A program made the position numbers and the translations under genes. The notes beneath the pieces were generated by a model, which searched no databases, was not told where the DNA came from, and saw only the letters and a list, made by a program, of their open reading frames with translations. From Eledone cirrhosa (lineage: Eukaryota), in the NCBI GenBank assembly GCA_964016885.1, contig OZ024742.1, positions 48,298,001-48,362,000 of the forward strand: a DNA stretch of 64,000 nucleotides, read 5' to 3'. Position 1 is the stretch's first letter. Every line of letters starts with the position of its first letter. Below are positions 1 to 15,730 of this stretch, in pieces.

Positions 1-139
1 ACTTGGATTATTACACAATGGCTATAAAAAATATAAAATCGCCAGACGACGAACATTCAATAGAGAAGCAATTACAACAAAGTTCACAGACACGGACACA
101 CACCCATGCATAGACACCCGCACACACATAATTACATAT

Positions 140-370
<231 letters not shown>

Positions 371-702
371 AACTAATATAACTAATAGGGGTATAACATT
401 TAGATATATAAATCAACAAAAGGCTTAAAGAACAACAATTAACTTTCACAAAATATTCTATCTATAAACATACCAGAATATTATTCTTTTTCTGTAGCAA
501 GTCATCAAAAATGATTAAATTCTTGTATAGTAGGGGTCAAAATATATAGCTTTAAAGAAAAATGCCAGAATATTTTATGTCAGAGACATTAATTGTGTTC
601 CTAAAAGAAACATCTATATATAAGGGTATATTGATATTAGTTGTGTTTACAGAATAGCATACGACCAGGAGTATGATTTGTAACACTATATTATAATAAT
701 AA

Positions 703-872
703 TTGTTCCTACATTTGGCACAAGGCCAGCAAATACTGGTACTTTATTTTATCGACCCCGTAAGGATGAAAGGCAAAGTTAACCTCGGCGGGATTTGAAC
801 TCAGACCGTAAAGGGACGTAACTATGCTGGAAAGCATGGCATCGGACTCTCTACTGATACTACCAATCCACA
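703..872 (-). mobile_element. tRNA-derived SINE, family A
   Basis: Minus strand: A-box-like TGGTAGTATCAG, B-box GAGTTCAAATCC, then GCCTTTCATCCTTACGGGGTCGATAAAATAAAGTACCAG, a central domain resembling the Meta/Sauria-SINE type. Multiple copies in the window. Confidence 0.85.
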
Positions 873-1056
873 ATGGTCTCCTAGTTAGGCACAATAGCAA
901 AAATGTTGTGGAGGAGAAGTCGATTAAATCGAACCAAGTGCATTACTGGTACTTTATAAATATTGTGATACTAATATTAACAGTTGTTCCCAGAAAGACC
1001 TGCAATGATATCAAACCACATGTAAAGTTTAATATAAATATATATATATATATCAG

Positions 1057-1103
<47 letters not shown>

Positions 1104-1336
1104 TATGTGTGTGTGTGTGTGTGAGTGTTATATATATATATAGTGCAAATAAAATAATTGATATCCATAACATACATATATATACAATGTATATTCCCAA
1201 GTTGTTTGTTAGAAAGGTCCTCAATACATTGGCAGAGTACACATATCTTTATTATGTATAGAAATGACTTCTGCAGAACTACAACTGTAGGAAATGATAA
1301 TTTCACAAGGATGAAACATTCTAAGTCCTGTGGAAA

Positions 1337-1406
<70 letters not shown>

Positions 1407-1431
1407 TCACACACACACACACACGCACACG

Positions 1432-1554
<123 letters not shown>

Positions 1555-1624
1555 ACACACACACACATATATGAAAAATACCAATGAAGGTTGGAAGATC
1601 ACCTGATGAAGGACTAATTTTATT

Positions 1625-1655
<31 letters not shown>

Positions 1656-1944
1656 TCCTAATACCGTTTGCATATAAGGTCGGTGGTTTTCCTTGGTGTG
1701 AAGCGATTAAGAGGAAAAAATAACCCTGTTGTGGGAAGAAAAATCCCAGTCCTTCGGAGAGTTACCTGCTAAATACAGTTGGTTCTCATATTCAGCTGAG
1801 TGCACATTATTATTGTAAAATTTAGGGCTCTGTCTAATAATCGAATGCACGGTATTATGACCATAAATCTTACACACTAAACCCTAAATCACACACGTCC
1901 ACACACACACACACACACACCCCACACACACGCGTACCCCCCCC

Positions 1945-1991
<47 letters not shown>

Positions 1992-3876
1992 TGTATATGT
2001 TTTTACGTGCGTGTATATGTGTAGATCAGCAAATAAATCTATGATTCTCAGGCTTTTAAAGCCGTGTTTTCACGTTATTGTTTTTCAAAATAACTTAGGT
2101 CAATAGTTTAAGAGAAAAAACAAAAAACAAACAAGATTCTTGCTTAAGTTTCTACACATCATTAAAATAAAAAATAAATAAAATACAACAACGAGGGATG
2201 TATGATGAGTGGCAGGGAGAATTAGATCGTGAATAAAAGGACAGCATGTAGTAAGATAGTTCAAATTGAAAATTTTAGGAAACAGCATTTTTCACAGTTT
2301 CATCATGTAATCATGTATCATAATAGTTTGCATCATACGCTGAAGAGGCATTTGAAAATTAAAAATATAATCGTAAAACGTCTGGGTTATACAGCTGAAT
2401 AATGAGAATGCTGAAGCTGAAAGATGCTGGAGAAAGATAATCTGTTTCCCGGCCTCGGATTAAAAGTACAAGAAAACTATGTTCATAATTGAATCTTATG
2501 CAATAAAAAAAGATCACATTTTTGAAGAATAAAGAAAAAATTCTGTCTAAGCTTGATTGCAACTTGGGAAGAATAAATATGTTTACGAAGCTTCGAAATC
2601 GAATAAAGTACTACATTAATGGCTATGTATTATAGAAAGTAAAAAAATTGGAATAGACGAAAAAAGAAGAAACGGTCAATTAAATTACTGGAAATTATTG
2701 CTTAAATAATTATATATAAACAAGACATAAAAATATATATTAAATTGCAGGTTTAAATGATTCTAATAAGTCATGAAGCAATATGGAGCAAAACAGGTTG
2801 CGAATAGTTTTCGAGTTTGTGCAATATATTTTGAATAACAATGAGATAGTATACAATGTTTAGTTCCAATTTCATTTTAGGAAGTGAAACTCTAAAATCT
2901 ATTCAAATAAACTATACTTATAAAGTTGTAAATAAGATAAAATTTCTCATATTACATTACTGTCTTGATATGGAGATTTGGAGACTAGCCCATTCGTTCC
3001 ACGCAATAGGTTCACAAGAGACGCATCTATGAAAAATCTATAAATGTTCTATGAACAGAATGCTCTCGGTCTTCCAGAATGTGGTTTAGGAAGTCTAAAA
3101 TTTGGCATATTATTAAAATAAATTATGGTAGCACTTGGAGAAATTTCTGTAAATTCTTTTAACTCTTATTCTTAGTTTTCAGATACTACATCATATCCGA
3201 AATAATAAATATGTAGGTCGCATGTTAGTTCATAACATGCCGTACATAAAGCAACAACAGTAGATATATTTCTCAGGTAAAATAGAATATAGATACGTAT
3301 GTACATATATATAGACGTATGTGTGTGTATGTATGGGTGTGATCAGAAGTAATATAGCCAACGTAAGATGAACAAAATATTAAAGGCGTCACACCGCTGC
3401 TATTACTTCAGATACACTGTTTATAGTATTACATTGGTCAACTCCGAATAAAAGCTGGTGTCTTCAACGTGGAAATTCAAGAAATATTTGTGAATTAACA
3501 TCTAATTATATTCAATTTCTAAATGAACAAAACGTCGGCATTTAATTTAAAACAAAACATCTTTAATAAGATTGGTTGCTGTATAATAAGGATTTAACTG
3601 ATATTTCTAGCATATCCATTGATCTCTCGTGGAGATTACAACGTTGTCACACTTTAGAGTGTGTGAGTATGTCAGAGAGTGAATGTGTGCACAAATATAT
3701 GGTACACTAGTTTTCTAAGGGATATAAAGTTATAGTCACATATATAAATATTAAGTCTACTCACGTCTCAGACTTTACAGTATATGGATGGTTTCATATA
3801 ACTTGGAACACAACTGTACAAATAAACGAATATTTACAGACGTATATGTGATGTTGCTTTTGTATGATTGACTATT

Positions 3877-3925
<49 letters not shown>

Positions 3926-4055
3926 ATGTGTCTGTGTGTGTATGTGTTTACGTGTATATATACATAGGTACATAGACATATGGTAAATAAATGCGTATAA
4001 ACACAGACCGCACATGCGCGTACGCACACACAGCGACATATATATATATATATAG

Positions 4056-4187
<132 letters not shown>

Positions 4188-4622
4188 CTGTGTGTGTGTG
4201 CGTCTGTGTGTGCGTGTGTGTCCCTATATGTGGAACAGAATATTTTAGTCACTATTTTCTTCACTCAGGCGGTTTCTGTCCCTTGTGATTTGAACGAATA
4301 TAGTTATATATCTGTGTTCGTCTCTCTTTACTGTTATATATATATGGAATAGAATGAAACGAAATTTCATTTCTCACTCTTAGTACGGCACTTACTTAAA
4401 TGTAAGTATCTATGTATGTATACGTACATACATATATGTATACAGACGTAAAGTAGTATGTATATATATATACATACATGCACACATATATATATGCACG
4501 TATCGGTTTACCGAACATTTATTATAATGCTCGGTTTGTTTGTTTGTAAACAAACAGCCTGAATTACGCCTTACAGTGTTTAGGCAACCACGTCACTTTT
4601 TTGTTCAACACTGACACAAGAA

Positions 4623-4663
4623 CGATGTACTAGTTTCAAGCTTATTAGCTATCGTCAGCATCG
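4623..4663 (-). ncRNA. Minimal type I hammerhead ribozyme, intact
   Basis: Reverse complement: CGATG-CTGACGA-TAGCT AATA AGCTT-GAAA-CTAG-TA-CATCG. Stem I CGATG/CATCG, stem II AGCT/AGCT, palindromic stem III ACTAGT, GUA cleavage triplet. Confidence 0.9.
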
Positions 4664-5066
4664 TATACCTTCCTGCCAGATGGTTGAACGTCTGAAAGTA
4701 TATACTTTCCTTATGCATATTAACGGCTGAGCAACCTAATTTGCATATCGAGTGAGTTCAGTCGGCTGGGCGCACCGAAAACGATAAATTGAATAGAATG
4801 AAACGAAATTTCATTTCTCACTCTTAGTACGGCACTTACTTAAATGTAAGTATCTATGTATGTATACGTACATACATATACGTATACAGACGTACAGTAG
4901 TATGTATATATATACATACATGTACACAGATATATATATGCACGTATCAGTTTACCGAACATTTATTATAATGCTCGGTTTGTTTGTTTGTAAACAAACA
5001 GCCCGAATTACGCCGTGCAGTGTTTAGGCAACCACGTCACCTTTTTGTTCAACACTGACACAAGAA

Positions 5067-5107
5067 CGATGTACTTATTTCAAACTTATTAGCTAACGTC
5101 AGCATCG
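5067..5107 (-). ncRNA. Hammerhead ribozyme, degenerate copy
   Basis: Same motif, but the core reads CTGACGT and the stem III palindrome is broken. Confidence 0.6.
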
Positions 5108-5515
5108 TATACCTTCCTGCCATATGGTTGAACGTCTGAAAGTATATACTTTCCTCATGCATAATAACGGCTGAGCAACCTAATTTGTATATAGAGTGAG
5201 TTCAGCCGGCCGGGCGCCCGAAAACGATAAATTGACTAGAATGAAACGAAATTTCATTTCTCACTCTTCGTACGGCACTTACTTAAATGTAAGTATCTAT
5301 GTATGTATACGTACATACATATATGTATACAGACGTACAGTAGTATGTATATATATACATACATGCACACATATATATATATATGCACGTATCGGTTTAC
5401 CGAACATTTATTATAATGCTCGGTTTGTTTGTTTGTAAACAAACAAACAGCCCGAATTACGCCGTACAGTGTTTAGGCAACCACGTCACTTTTTTGTTCA
5501 ACACTGACACAGGAA

Positions 5516-5556
5516 CGATGTACTAGTTTCAAGCTTATTAGCTATCGTCAGCATCG
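5516..5556 (-). ncRNA. Minimal type I hammerhead ribozyme, intact
   Basis: Identical to the motif at 4623-4663. Confidence 0.9.
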
Positions 5557-5730
5557 TATACCTTCCTGCCAGATGGTTGAACGTCTGAAAGTATTTACTT
5601 TCCTTATGCATATTAACGGCTGAGCAGCCTAATTTGCATAGCGAGTGAGTTCAGTCGGCCGGGCGCACCGAAAACAATAAATGTAATATAATTAAACGAA
5701 ATTTCATATTTATATATATATATACATGTG

Positions 5731-6015
<285 letters not shown>

Positions 6016-6236
6016 GTAAGTGTGTATGTATAAGTACATACATATATGTATACAGACGTACAGTGGTATGTATATATATATACATACATGCACACATATA
6101 TATATGCACGTATCGGTTTACCGAACATTTATTATAATGCTCGGTTTGTTTGTATGTAAACAAACAATCAGCCCGAATTACGCCGTACAGTGTTTAGGAA
6201 AGCACGTCCTCATTTTGTTCAACACTGACACAGGAA

Positions 6237-6277
6237 TGAAGTACTAGTTTCAAGCTTATTAGCTATCGTCAGCATAG
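6237..6277 (-). ncRNA. Hammerhead ribozyme, core intact, stem I weakened
   Basis: CTGACGA...GAAA CTAG TA retained; stem I arms mutated (CTATG/CTTCA). Confidence 0.65.
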
Positions 6278-7662
6278 TATACCTTCCTGCCAGATGGTTG
6301 AACGTCTGAAAGTATATACTTTCCTTATGCATATTAATGGCTGAGCAGCCTAATTTGCATATCGAGTGAGTTCAGTCGGCCGGGCACACCGGCAACGATA
6401 AATGGAATAGAATGAAACGAAATTTCATTTCTCACTCTTAGTACGGCACTTACTTAAATGTAAGTATGTATGTATGTATACGTACATAGATATATGTATA
6501 CAGACGTACATTAGTATGTATATATATACATACATGCACACATATATATATGCACGTATCGATTTACCGAACATTTATTATAATCCTCGGTTTATTTGTT
6601 TGTAAACAAACAAATAGCCCGAATTACGCCGTACAGTGTTTAGGCAACCACGTCACCTTTTTGTTCAACACTGAACATTATAATAAATGTTCGGTAAACC
6701 GATACGTGCATATATATAATATCACATTTATTACGTTTTATTTTGTAAGTCTAGCAAGCTGTGTTTATTCTAACACGAGTCTCTGTGATTGCTTAATTGC
6801 TCTTAAGATAAAATCTACTGTTTTTGGAGAATTCCTATGTCTAAAAATATCTATGTATAGAGAATATATAAAAACGAAAAATGGTGTGTATTGGTAATGG
6901 GTAATTATCAACAGTATGATGTTGGAATAAATTGATTGGTCGTGAGAATGAAGGAAAATATATTCGGATTGTGGCATTCATCGGAGGTGCAGATTATGGA
7001 TCTACATCCCTCGATACTATCAAGCATAGAAAATAATGATTGCACACCAACCATTATGCTGAGCATTTATTTCGTATACATTTATTAGAAAGGAAGCTAA
7101 TTTATTGCACTATCAATCTGACTCAACATATTCTTTAAAATTGTATACTTCCTAGTTAGTCCAACATCAGAGAGATAATGAATTTCTCTTTAAGATGCCT
7201 GGAAACGTATGTAATCACTCGGCTAAATACTTATTTAACAAGATTATTTAATATATGTTTAGTTGTAGAGAAGTTTCGAAATTTTTGCAATTCACTTGAT
7301 TTCATTTGGAAGCAATTGAAAAAGCTTTGATTATTCTTACATACTCTTACTTTTTGTTAAATGTAACTCATTTATAAAGAACACAGCTAGGGCCTAATGT
7401 CTTATCAGAATAGCTATTATAGAGATAATATCGTAATAGTGTCATGCTTGAAGCACATGATTGCACGTACGATTTCATTGTGAAACAGCTTCAGATTACT
7501 TTTATAGCTATGATGTACCAGCTGAAATGTTATGAATGAGATTGGGCCAACAAATATCAGTCGGATAGAATCTCCTCTTCTTGGGTTATATCCTTAATTC
7601 TCTTTTAATTTTTTTAATTACTAACTATGTTCTATTATCAATAGTTATTATTTAATTAATCA

Positions 7663-7840
7663 CGGTGGATTGGCAGTATTGGTAGAGAGTCAGACGCCAT
7701 TCTTTGCAGCATAGAGTGCGGCCCTTTATATTCTGAGTCCAAATCTCGCTAAAGTTAACAGTGCCTTTCATTCTTGCGGGGTCGATAAAATAAAGTACCA
7801 GTAACGTGGTGGCCTTGTGCCAAAATAAGAAACAATTATT
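7663..7840 (+). mobile_element. tRNA-derived SINE, family A (diverged)
   Basis: GGATTGGCAGTATTGGTAGAG...GAGTCCAAATCTC...GCCTTTCATTCTTGCGGGGTCGATAAAATAAAGTACCAG. Confidence 0.8.
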
Positions 7841-8734
7841 TAAGTAATCACGTCACAAAGCATATGCATACCTCGCAAATTTGATAGAACTATTCAGGTA
7901 TATTCTATATTCCTACATGACGTATATATCCGTGCTATACATATTTGATTTTGCAAATAAAAGTTTATGTTTTCGTACATGTTATTGTCGCTATGGTGCT
8001 TCTTATTGGGTTGCTCTTGTTACTGTTGTTATCTTTTAGCTCTTGTTCAGACCTTCTTGAGTACATCTATGAACAAGTATAGGAAGGCCATGACAAACCC
8101 TTACATTTACTTATCAAGAACTGTATTATACAATGCGGCATTTCGTATTTAAGATAGTTGGGTGGGCTGGTTTTGAAATATATGGGCTCTATTTCTAGGA
8201 GACTAATTGGACCAGAGATTCTCTTTTTGGATCGTCTTGATAACTGATATGTTTCGTAGTAGATTAAAGGAATGTGTGGACATGTAAAAAGAAAAAAATC
8301 TCGTAAAATGTAAGAGATAAAATTATATAGGGGGGATGGTCAAGTGTATGCCATTACATATAGCATGGAATATGATAGAGAACTGTCATTGTAAAACCCT
8401 TAGACAATTTAACGTCATTCCTGACCTATGATTTGACAGGTATATAACATCTGCTGACAAATGAGTGCTGGCAGCAGAATTCAAGACAACGAACTTCCAT
8501 TCTTTCATATTGAATTCTATGATTAGATTCAGACAAAAGATCTTTCAATGCAAAATCGTAGCTACACACATGAAATGTTTATTTATTTATTGTCTTTTAT
8601 CCGTTTGAAAAGAACCAGAATATGAGTAAGACATATCATTTGGTATGCATTTGTTATATAAATATATATATGTCCAAAGGCTCTGATACCATCAACACTA
8701 TACACACAGAGCTGGCATATCTAAGAACTGACTA

Positions 8735-8790
8735 ACTGTCTGATGAGGTCATAGCCATTCAATGGCTATCATCGAAATATATATAGCAGT
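8735..8790 (+). ncRNA. Minimal type I hammerhead ribozyme (solo pLTR remnant)
   Basis: ACTGT-CTGATGA-GGTCATAGCCATTCAATGGCTATCATC-GAAA-TATATA-TA-GCAGT. Stem I ACTGT/GCAGT, stem II ATAGCCAT/ATGGCTAT, palindrome ATATATAT. Lies between (TA) tracts. Confidence 0.85.
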
Positions 8791-8831
8791 AAATAAAGGA
8801 TTATGAGTTCATGCAATTGACTTATGTTTCG

Positions 8832-8871
<40 letters not shown>

Positions 8872-10303
8872 TTTCATTTATGTCTGGTGGTTCACCCCTT
8901 AATAAAACTTGTCATTCCGTTTAGTTAACTATGATGAGTAGGAAAAGCAATCTACGTTACGCAATTCGTCCATCGTTGATGCTGAATCCCGTGGTTGATA
9001 CAGGAACGGAGTTAGATATTGGTTTGATTGAAACAAAATGAAGTATAAGTCTACAGGTTAGAATTTATTGAATTTATTCGTAATCGCGGTTATATATATT
9101 CTGTTATGCAGCAGTTATTACCTCATTACAGAGTTAGAAGTTGTACAGATGAACCGAAAAACACGAAGAAGGAATAAAATAAATCCTGTTTTTTCGATTC
9201 ATTGATATACCGCGAGCTGATATTTGGTGTTGCTTTCTCAAAGAAGCGGTGACATATTACTTCGTAATACCCTCCCACCATCAACATCAGGGATATAGAA
9301 GGCCAGCAGTTATTGGTCAGAGGTATTTTCACCACCATAACTTGAAGCCATTGTGAATTCTTTTGTGGCGCCATGGTCTGAGATACTTGGTCAGGAACGA
9401 GGCCATTCAGAGATATTTTAGTAGTAGGGGTCTTGGAATACGGTTACTGTGCCAGATGGATTTGTTTACAGCAGCAACAATAACAGGCTGCATTGAGTGT
9501 ACTTTAATTAGAGTGGAGAGGCACTCGACCCCAGTGATCGTAATAGTAGTGACAATAGTAATAATATAATATAGTAACCATTAAATAAACAAGGAATACA
9601 TCACAAGTGTAAAGTAAATGGTACAAAAGTAGTAACATGAGAGAAAAAGAACATAAAGAAAACAAAAATAAAACAAGAACAAAGCGGTGGTATGTGCGAA
9701 AGATAAGAAGAGTAGACTATGCCAACACCTAATATGTATCACAAAATAGATAGTCGTACAGAGATATAGAACATGCTAAGGAATATATAAACATTTTATA
9801 TGCGATTAAGCCAGCTAAATTTTCTGACATCTTCGACCGCAGAGATGACAAACGCTACTCATACATACAAACATACACACACCACAATAAATGAAGTTGA
9901 TAGCAAAACTACTTTCCATTTCCTTTGATAATTCTTCAACTCAGCCAACAACTACCCCCAGCTCTACACTACTACAGTTTTTCAAACCCATCCAAACATA
10001 AGTAACGAAACATAGGAACACATACACACATGCTTGCACAGTCACATACCCATGCAGATAATCACTCCCAGGAAAAATATATAAGAATATATAAAACCTT
10101 TCTTTAACAATCTATAAATAATGCTTCCCCTTATATGGAGAGCTTATAGCCTAATATGGACAGCTCCTCATTTGACCGACATGTCAATCACACAATCCAC
10201 ACAATTGACGAGATGGCTAGACAGCTGCAGTTCATTTTCGCAACAGTCTGGAATTAACCGTCGAAACGGCAAACGCTCGGCTGTCCGGCTCCAACACTTA
10301 CTA

Positions 10304-10359
<56 letters not shown>

Positions 10360-10399
10360 GTGTGTGTGTGGTATGTGTGTGCGTGTGCGTGTGTGTATG

Positions 10400-10536
<137 letters not shown>

Positions 10537-11329
10537 GTGTGTGTGTCTGTGTGTGTCTGTATATGTGTTTGGCTATATTAGACCATTCTGCATGTGCGTC
10601 TGTCTGTAACTGATTATAATGTGGGCTAGGTGCATTTATGTGTGCATACGTATATTTGCAGTTGTAAATAATTTATCAAAAAGTGCTAAGTTGTATTTCT
10701 TTAATATTCAGCATATATACAGGAAATTAAAATTGGCTGCTTAAAGTTTATATTCTGTAGCATACAATATTACTATTTAGCATGATACATCAACAGATAG
10801 TGCATGTAAAAGTGTTGTCGTATATAGACACCGTCTACTGCTATATTTCGATCATTCAACATATATTTCCACGCGCGAAAGACGATGCAGTATAATACAT
10901 TCTCTTTCCTCTCGTCATATTTCAGGTATGGTGATTTTATTTGCACCCTTCTCCAACCTGGTGCTTGCTTAAACCCGTGTTGTCTAGGCTTTTTAGAAGA
11001 GAACTTTACTTGCCTCGTCATATCTACATCACAGGATTTTGATTAGTCTTCTAAACTCGATAGAAACAACATCTTCTTTTGTACGCGAAGTGCATCTGGG
11101 AATGATGCCTAATCTTTCGAAGACTGAGAACACAAGACCAATTAAAGAGCGCAAATGTGGCAATGCCCCCGAGGAGGATGTTAAATAGGTATGCCTTAAA
11201 TAGACAAGGTATTCTCTGGCTGACTTGTGTGTGCCGTGTGCCGGGTGTTCTGGATCTCTGGAAATGCACATAACGAATGGCAACCGGGAGTGAAAGTCCC
11301 AATTTTCAAAAAGACCATCAATATCGATT

Positions 11330-12340
11330 GCTTTATTTATAAAATGATCTCTTTGTTAAGTCTCCCTGGTACAGTCTATGCTAAGGGTCTGGCAAAGAAA
11401 TGTAGGGAGAGTGTCGAGTCTACGCTAGCTAATGAATAGTGTGGCTTTCGCTCTGGACGCAGTATAGCTGAGCAAATCTTCACACTACGGCAAGTCTTTC
11501 AGAAATCATAGAAGTACTACTAAGGGTGTATTCTTTCCTTTCAGACCTGGAAAAGGCATATGACCGTGTTCTACAGGAACTGCTATGGAAGGTTCTGCAA
11601 GAGTATTGGATCGATGATTAGCTCCTTGTGCCCTCATATCTCTATACGAATGCATGAGTAATTGTCTTCGAATAAAGGGAGCTAAATCGAAACCATTCAA
11701 TGTGGGAGTCGGACTCTAGCAAGAGCGCGTACTGTCAGCCCTTGTGCATATTATTTTAATAAAGAGGATTGACGTGCGCAGCCGGGCTGTATATAATATC
11801 ACGATTGCCCGGTGTAAAATCAGTAGGCTCAAATTTGCAGACGATATGGTATTACTTAACTGGACAGAAAGTAATCGCTGACTTGCATTTGATAGGATTC
11901 ATTGAAGGTGTTGCATAGCTACGGGGTGGGGGGTGAAGGAAAATAAATGCTGCGAAAACCGAGACATTCATCTTCTCAAGGAAGCCCGCGCAGTGCACTC
12001 TGCATGAATGGAGTTACTTTTCTAAAACCCAAAGCTTTCTTATGGTCAGGAAGCTTCAGTAATGATCGAATGAATACGATCTCTAAAACAAGTGGCTGAA
12101 AAGATGTTCCTCAAAAGGGTAATTTGTGAAACGTTAATCGAGAAGGTGCATAGCTCAGAGATCAGGGTCTGGCTCAAGGTGGAGCCACTATCTGTGCAAA
12201 TTGATAAATCACAGCTCCGATAATATGGGTATGTGGCTATGTCTCAGGAACAATACCCAGAGAGATTTAACGTGGAAAAACCAATAAACAGGAGACCCAG
12301 TGTTGAACAGTTGGATAACTTCGATAAGCTTGACTGGTCC
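11330..12340 (+). pseudogene. Decayed non-LTR retrotransposon (RTE-like) reverse transcriptase
   Basis: Fragments GFRSGRSIAEQIFTLRQV, DLEKAYDRV (about 11544), FNVGVGL*QERVLS and LKFADDMVLL, with stops and frameshifts. Confidence 0.85.
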
Positions 12341-12494
12341 GACTTGTGGATCCAAACGGATCATTTGGAAACGGTTCCTTCTGCCTGGCCCCGCTGCAAG
12401 GATTCTTCGAGGACTCTGTCTTCTCTTTCCGTGAAACGCATGTTCCCTTCTCAAGTATGTTATTGTAATTCAGAAACCCCAAATTATCTTTCTC

Positions 12495-12538
<44 letters not shown>

Positions 12539-12581
12539 GCATATATATATATATGTGCATATATATATATATGCATATGCA

Positions 12582-12655
<74 letters not shown>

Positions 12656-12687
12656 TGCATATGCATATATATATATATGCACACACT

Positions 12688-12749
<62 letters not shown>

Positions 12750-14319
12750 GCATATGTCTTGACTGCTCCATGTGATAATTAAGGAAAGCATTTCAATAAA
12801 AGGAAATTGTGAGTACTTTAACATTTTGATAGGTAAAGCTGTTGAAACAATAATTCACCTCCCATTCACAGCTAATTCTATGCGTGTGCTCCAAATGATT
12901 TTGTTGATAAAATTATAAACAACGAAATCGAAATAATCATATATCAATCCAAACCCGTTTTATTAAAATTAACTCCAATTTTTCTTTTTTCTTTTTTCTT
13001 TAATTATGATTGAGTGCTGACATCGCCGAAATCATGCTGCTGTATTTATCTCCGTCACCAAACCTCGCTTGTCGGCCATCTTTGCCGTTATGTCGACCGA
13101 TTAGCAGTGAAATCCAACGAGTTGTATATCAATATCGACAAGAAATTCAGAAATATGGTCGACATTCCGAATTCCAAGTATATAGTAGCTTCCTGAAGAG
13201 GACCTTTAGCCTAGGATCTACTGATTATCTATTTATTATTAATTGGTGATTAGCGGATAGCCTCTTGTGTCCGAACGGGTGCGGGACAGGCCAATACGTG
13301 AATTTCTGTATTATGCAGATCTAAGTACTAAGCACGGAAGACATTGAATATTTTGTGAGTCCTTTAACGTATTCTTATGTTAAGCTGTTATACAATAATT
13401 CAACTCAGATTCACTGCTCCAAATGGTTTTGTTGAACAAATTGTAAGGAAAGAGATGACATATTCGTATATCTATCTGAACCTTATTATATATATGTATT
13501 CATAGCTATACATAAGTATCTACATATACGTGTGAATGTGTTTGAGGATATGTGAACATAATATTGGATGTTATTTAGTATCCCTTCGTCTGACCGTTTA
13601 GCAGTTATCTTCTCACTTACAACTGCGGCGATCAGACGTGCGTCATTCCTCTCGATTACTCAGTCTCGAACTTAAGATATCTTATCGAGTGGTCTTGGAT
13701 TTCCTACCCATAGTTGCTCGCACATTGCTCGGTATTTGGTTTTTTTCGCTGTTTTGTCACTTTTTCTCTTTGTTTCCCCATTGTTTTCCTTCTATCATTC
13801 CTTCATTTTCCCAATAACTTATCCAGTTATTGAGGCCCTGGGGTGAAGTGGCATCTGGTCTTTAATGGGTAGAAATATTATAGACCCCAAGTAGACAACT
13901 GATGAGGACCCCCCATTCTTGCTTTCTTCGTATTCCCACTGCATTTTGATTAACCTTAAATAGCTACTACACAGCCATTTCTATTCTCCATATATTTCAT
14001 TATATATATATATATATATATATATATAACGAAGGAAGTGTGGCAAGGAAATAGGTGGACCAAAATGCAACAGAGTACTCGATACTTTGCGTTGTAGAAT
14101 GGGTAATTGGAAAAGGGTCAAGACCCCGACGGCAGAGCTCAAGCCGTTTAGACGGCTATCTCTGGGCGTTCAGAAATACACGTCGTAACGGCTTGAGCTC
14201 TGCCATCGTGGTTCTGACCTTTTTCCTATATATATATATAATCAGAATTAATGGAGGAGAAGGCAAGACATTTAAAAACAATATATATATATATATATAT
14301 ATAGGTTTTAATATAGATG

Positions 14320-14370
14320 AGATTCTACAGGACTAGAAATGTTTCATTCATTAGAAATCATCAGGAATCT
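14320..14370 (-). ncRNA. Type I hammerhead ribozyme in the inverted pLTR copy
   Basis: RC: AGATTC-CTGATGA-TTTCTAATGAAT-GAAA-CATTTCTAGTCCTG-TA-GAATCT; one stem III mismatch relative to the 28113 copy. Confidence 0.8.
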
Positions 14371-14930
14371 GGGTATCAAAAAATAAAAATGGTATTTATA
14401 GGTCTCTACAAGTGGTAGGAGAGGGTGGGGAGTGGGATGGGTGTAGGTCATTGGTTGATAGAAAAGGGAATTCATTAAAAGCTAATTCTACAAAGCTATA
14501 GTTTATTTTTATTTATTTAAGTTTTTAGAGTAACAAAGGCAGACAGAATTCTATAAACAGGTTCTGGATGGCATACCATTCCTTGTCATTAAGTTTCTCT
14601 TAAGCTAACAGATGTCTATAAGATCAGTGGGGGGTCAGCCATGGTCGATAGAATTAAAGAAAAGGGAGATTCTTTAAAAGCTAAAATCATTAAGGTTCTA
14701 CTCAGTGACAAAGGTTTAGAGAATTTTGTAGACAGATTCAAAATACTGAGTGCATATCTTACAATTATCTTCGAACTTCTCTTAAACTAATCAACTATAT
14801 GCCAAAAATCAACAGACACATTCACAAAAAAACTTACTCACTCACACACTCACGCACAACCATAAACACATATACACATACACATATACACACATGAAAA
14901 CACACACACATGTATATGAATATATTTATG

Positions 14931-14981
<51 letters not shown>

Positions 14982-15151
14982 GCACATATATACATACACA
15001 CACACATACATATATATACACACACACACACACACATATATACACATATAAATACACTCACACACATACATACAAACACAAATATACATGTGTATACATA
15101 TACACACAAATACACATAGATACATATACATATATATACAGATATATACAT

Positions 15152-15210
<59 letters not shown>

Positions 15211-15444
15211 TATATATATATACATACATATATATATATATATATACACATATACATACATATACATACACACGTATATATATATATATATAAAACACAT
15301 ACACACACATATATACATATACACACACAAACACACAAACACACACATATATATATATATATATATGTGTGTATATATATATATATATATACATAAACAA
15401 ATATATACATATATATATACATACACACACACACACACATACAT

Positions 15445-15511
<67 letters not shown>

Positions 15512-15537
15512 TACACATATATAAGGAAAACGCACCA

Positions 15538-15591
<54 letters not shown>

Positions 15592-15594
15592 TAC

Positions 15595-15627
<33 letters not shown>

Positions 15628-15682
15628 TACACCATTCATACATATATTCATATATATATACATACACACATATACATATATA

Positions 15683-15730
<48 letters not shown>

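Noticed and set aside
703-872. A/B-box sequences as tRNA genes (also 34780-34910 and 53557-53680)
   Set aside because: No complete cloverleaf, and they continue into SINE body sequence in multiple diverged copies.
1600-1630. CTGATGAAGGACTAATTTTAT (also CTGACGAAGGACTAATTTTATC near 50256 and 50782) as hammerheads
   Set aside because: Only the 5' core is present; no downstream stem II/GAAA/NUH half was found.
13895-13960. CTGATGAGGACCCCCC as a hammerhead
   Set aside because: No matching GTCC-GAAA half nearby.
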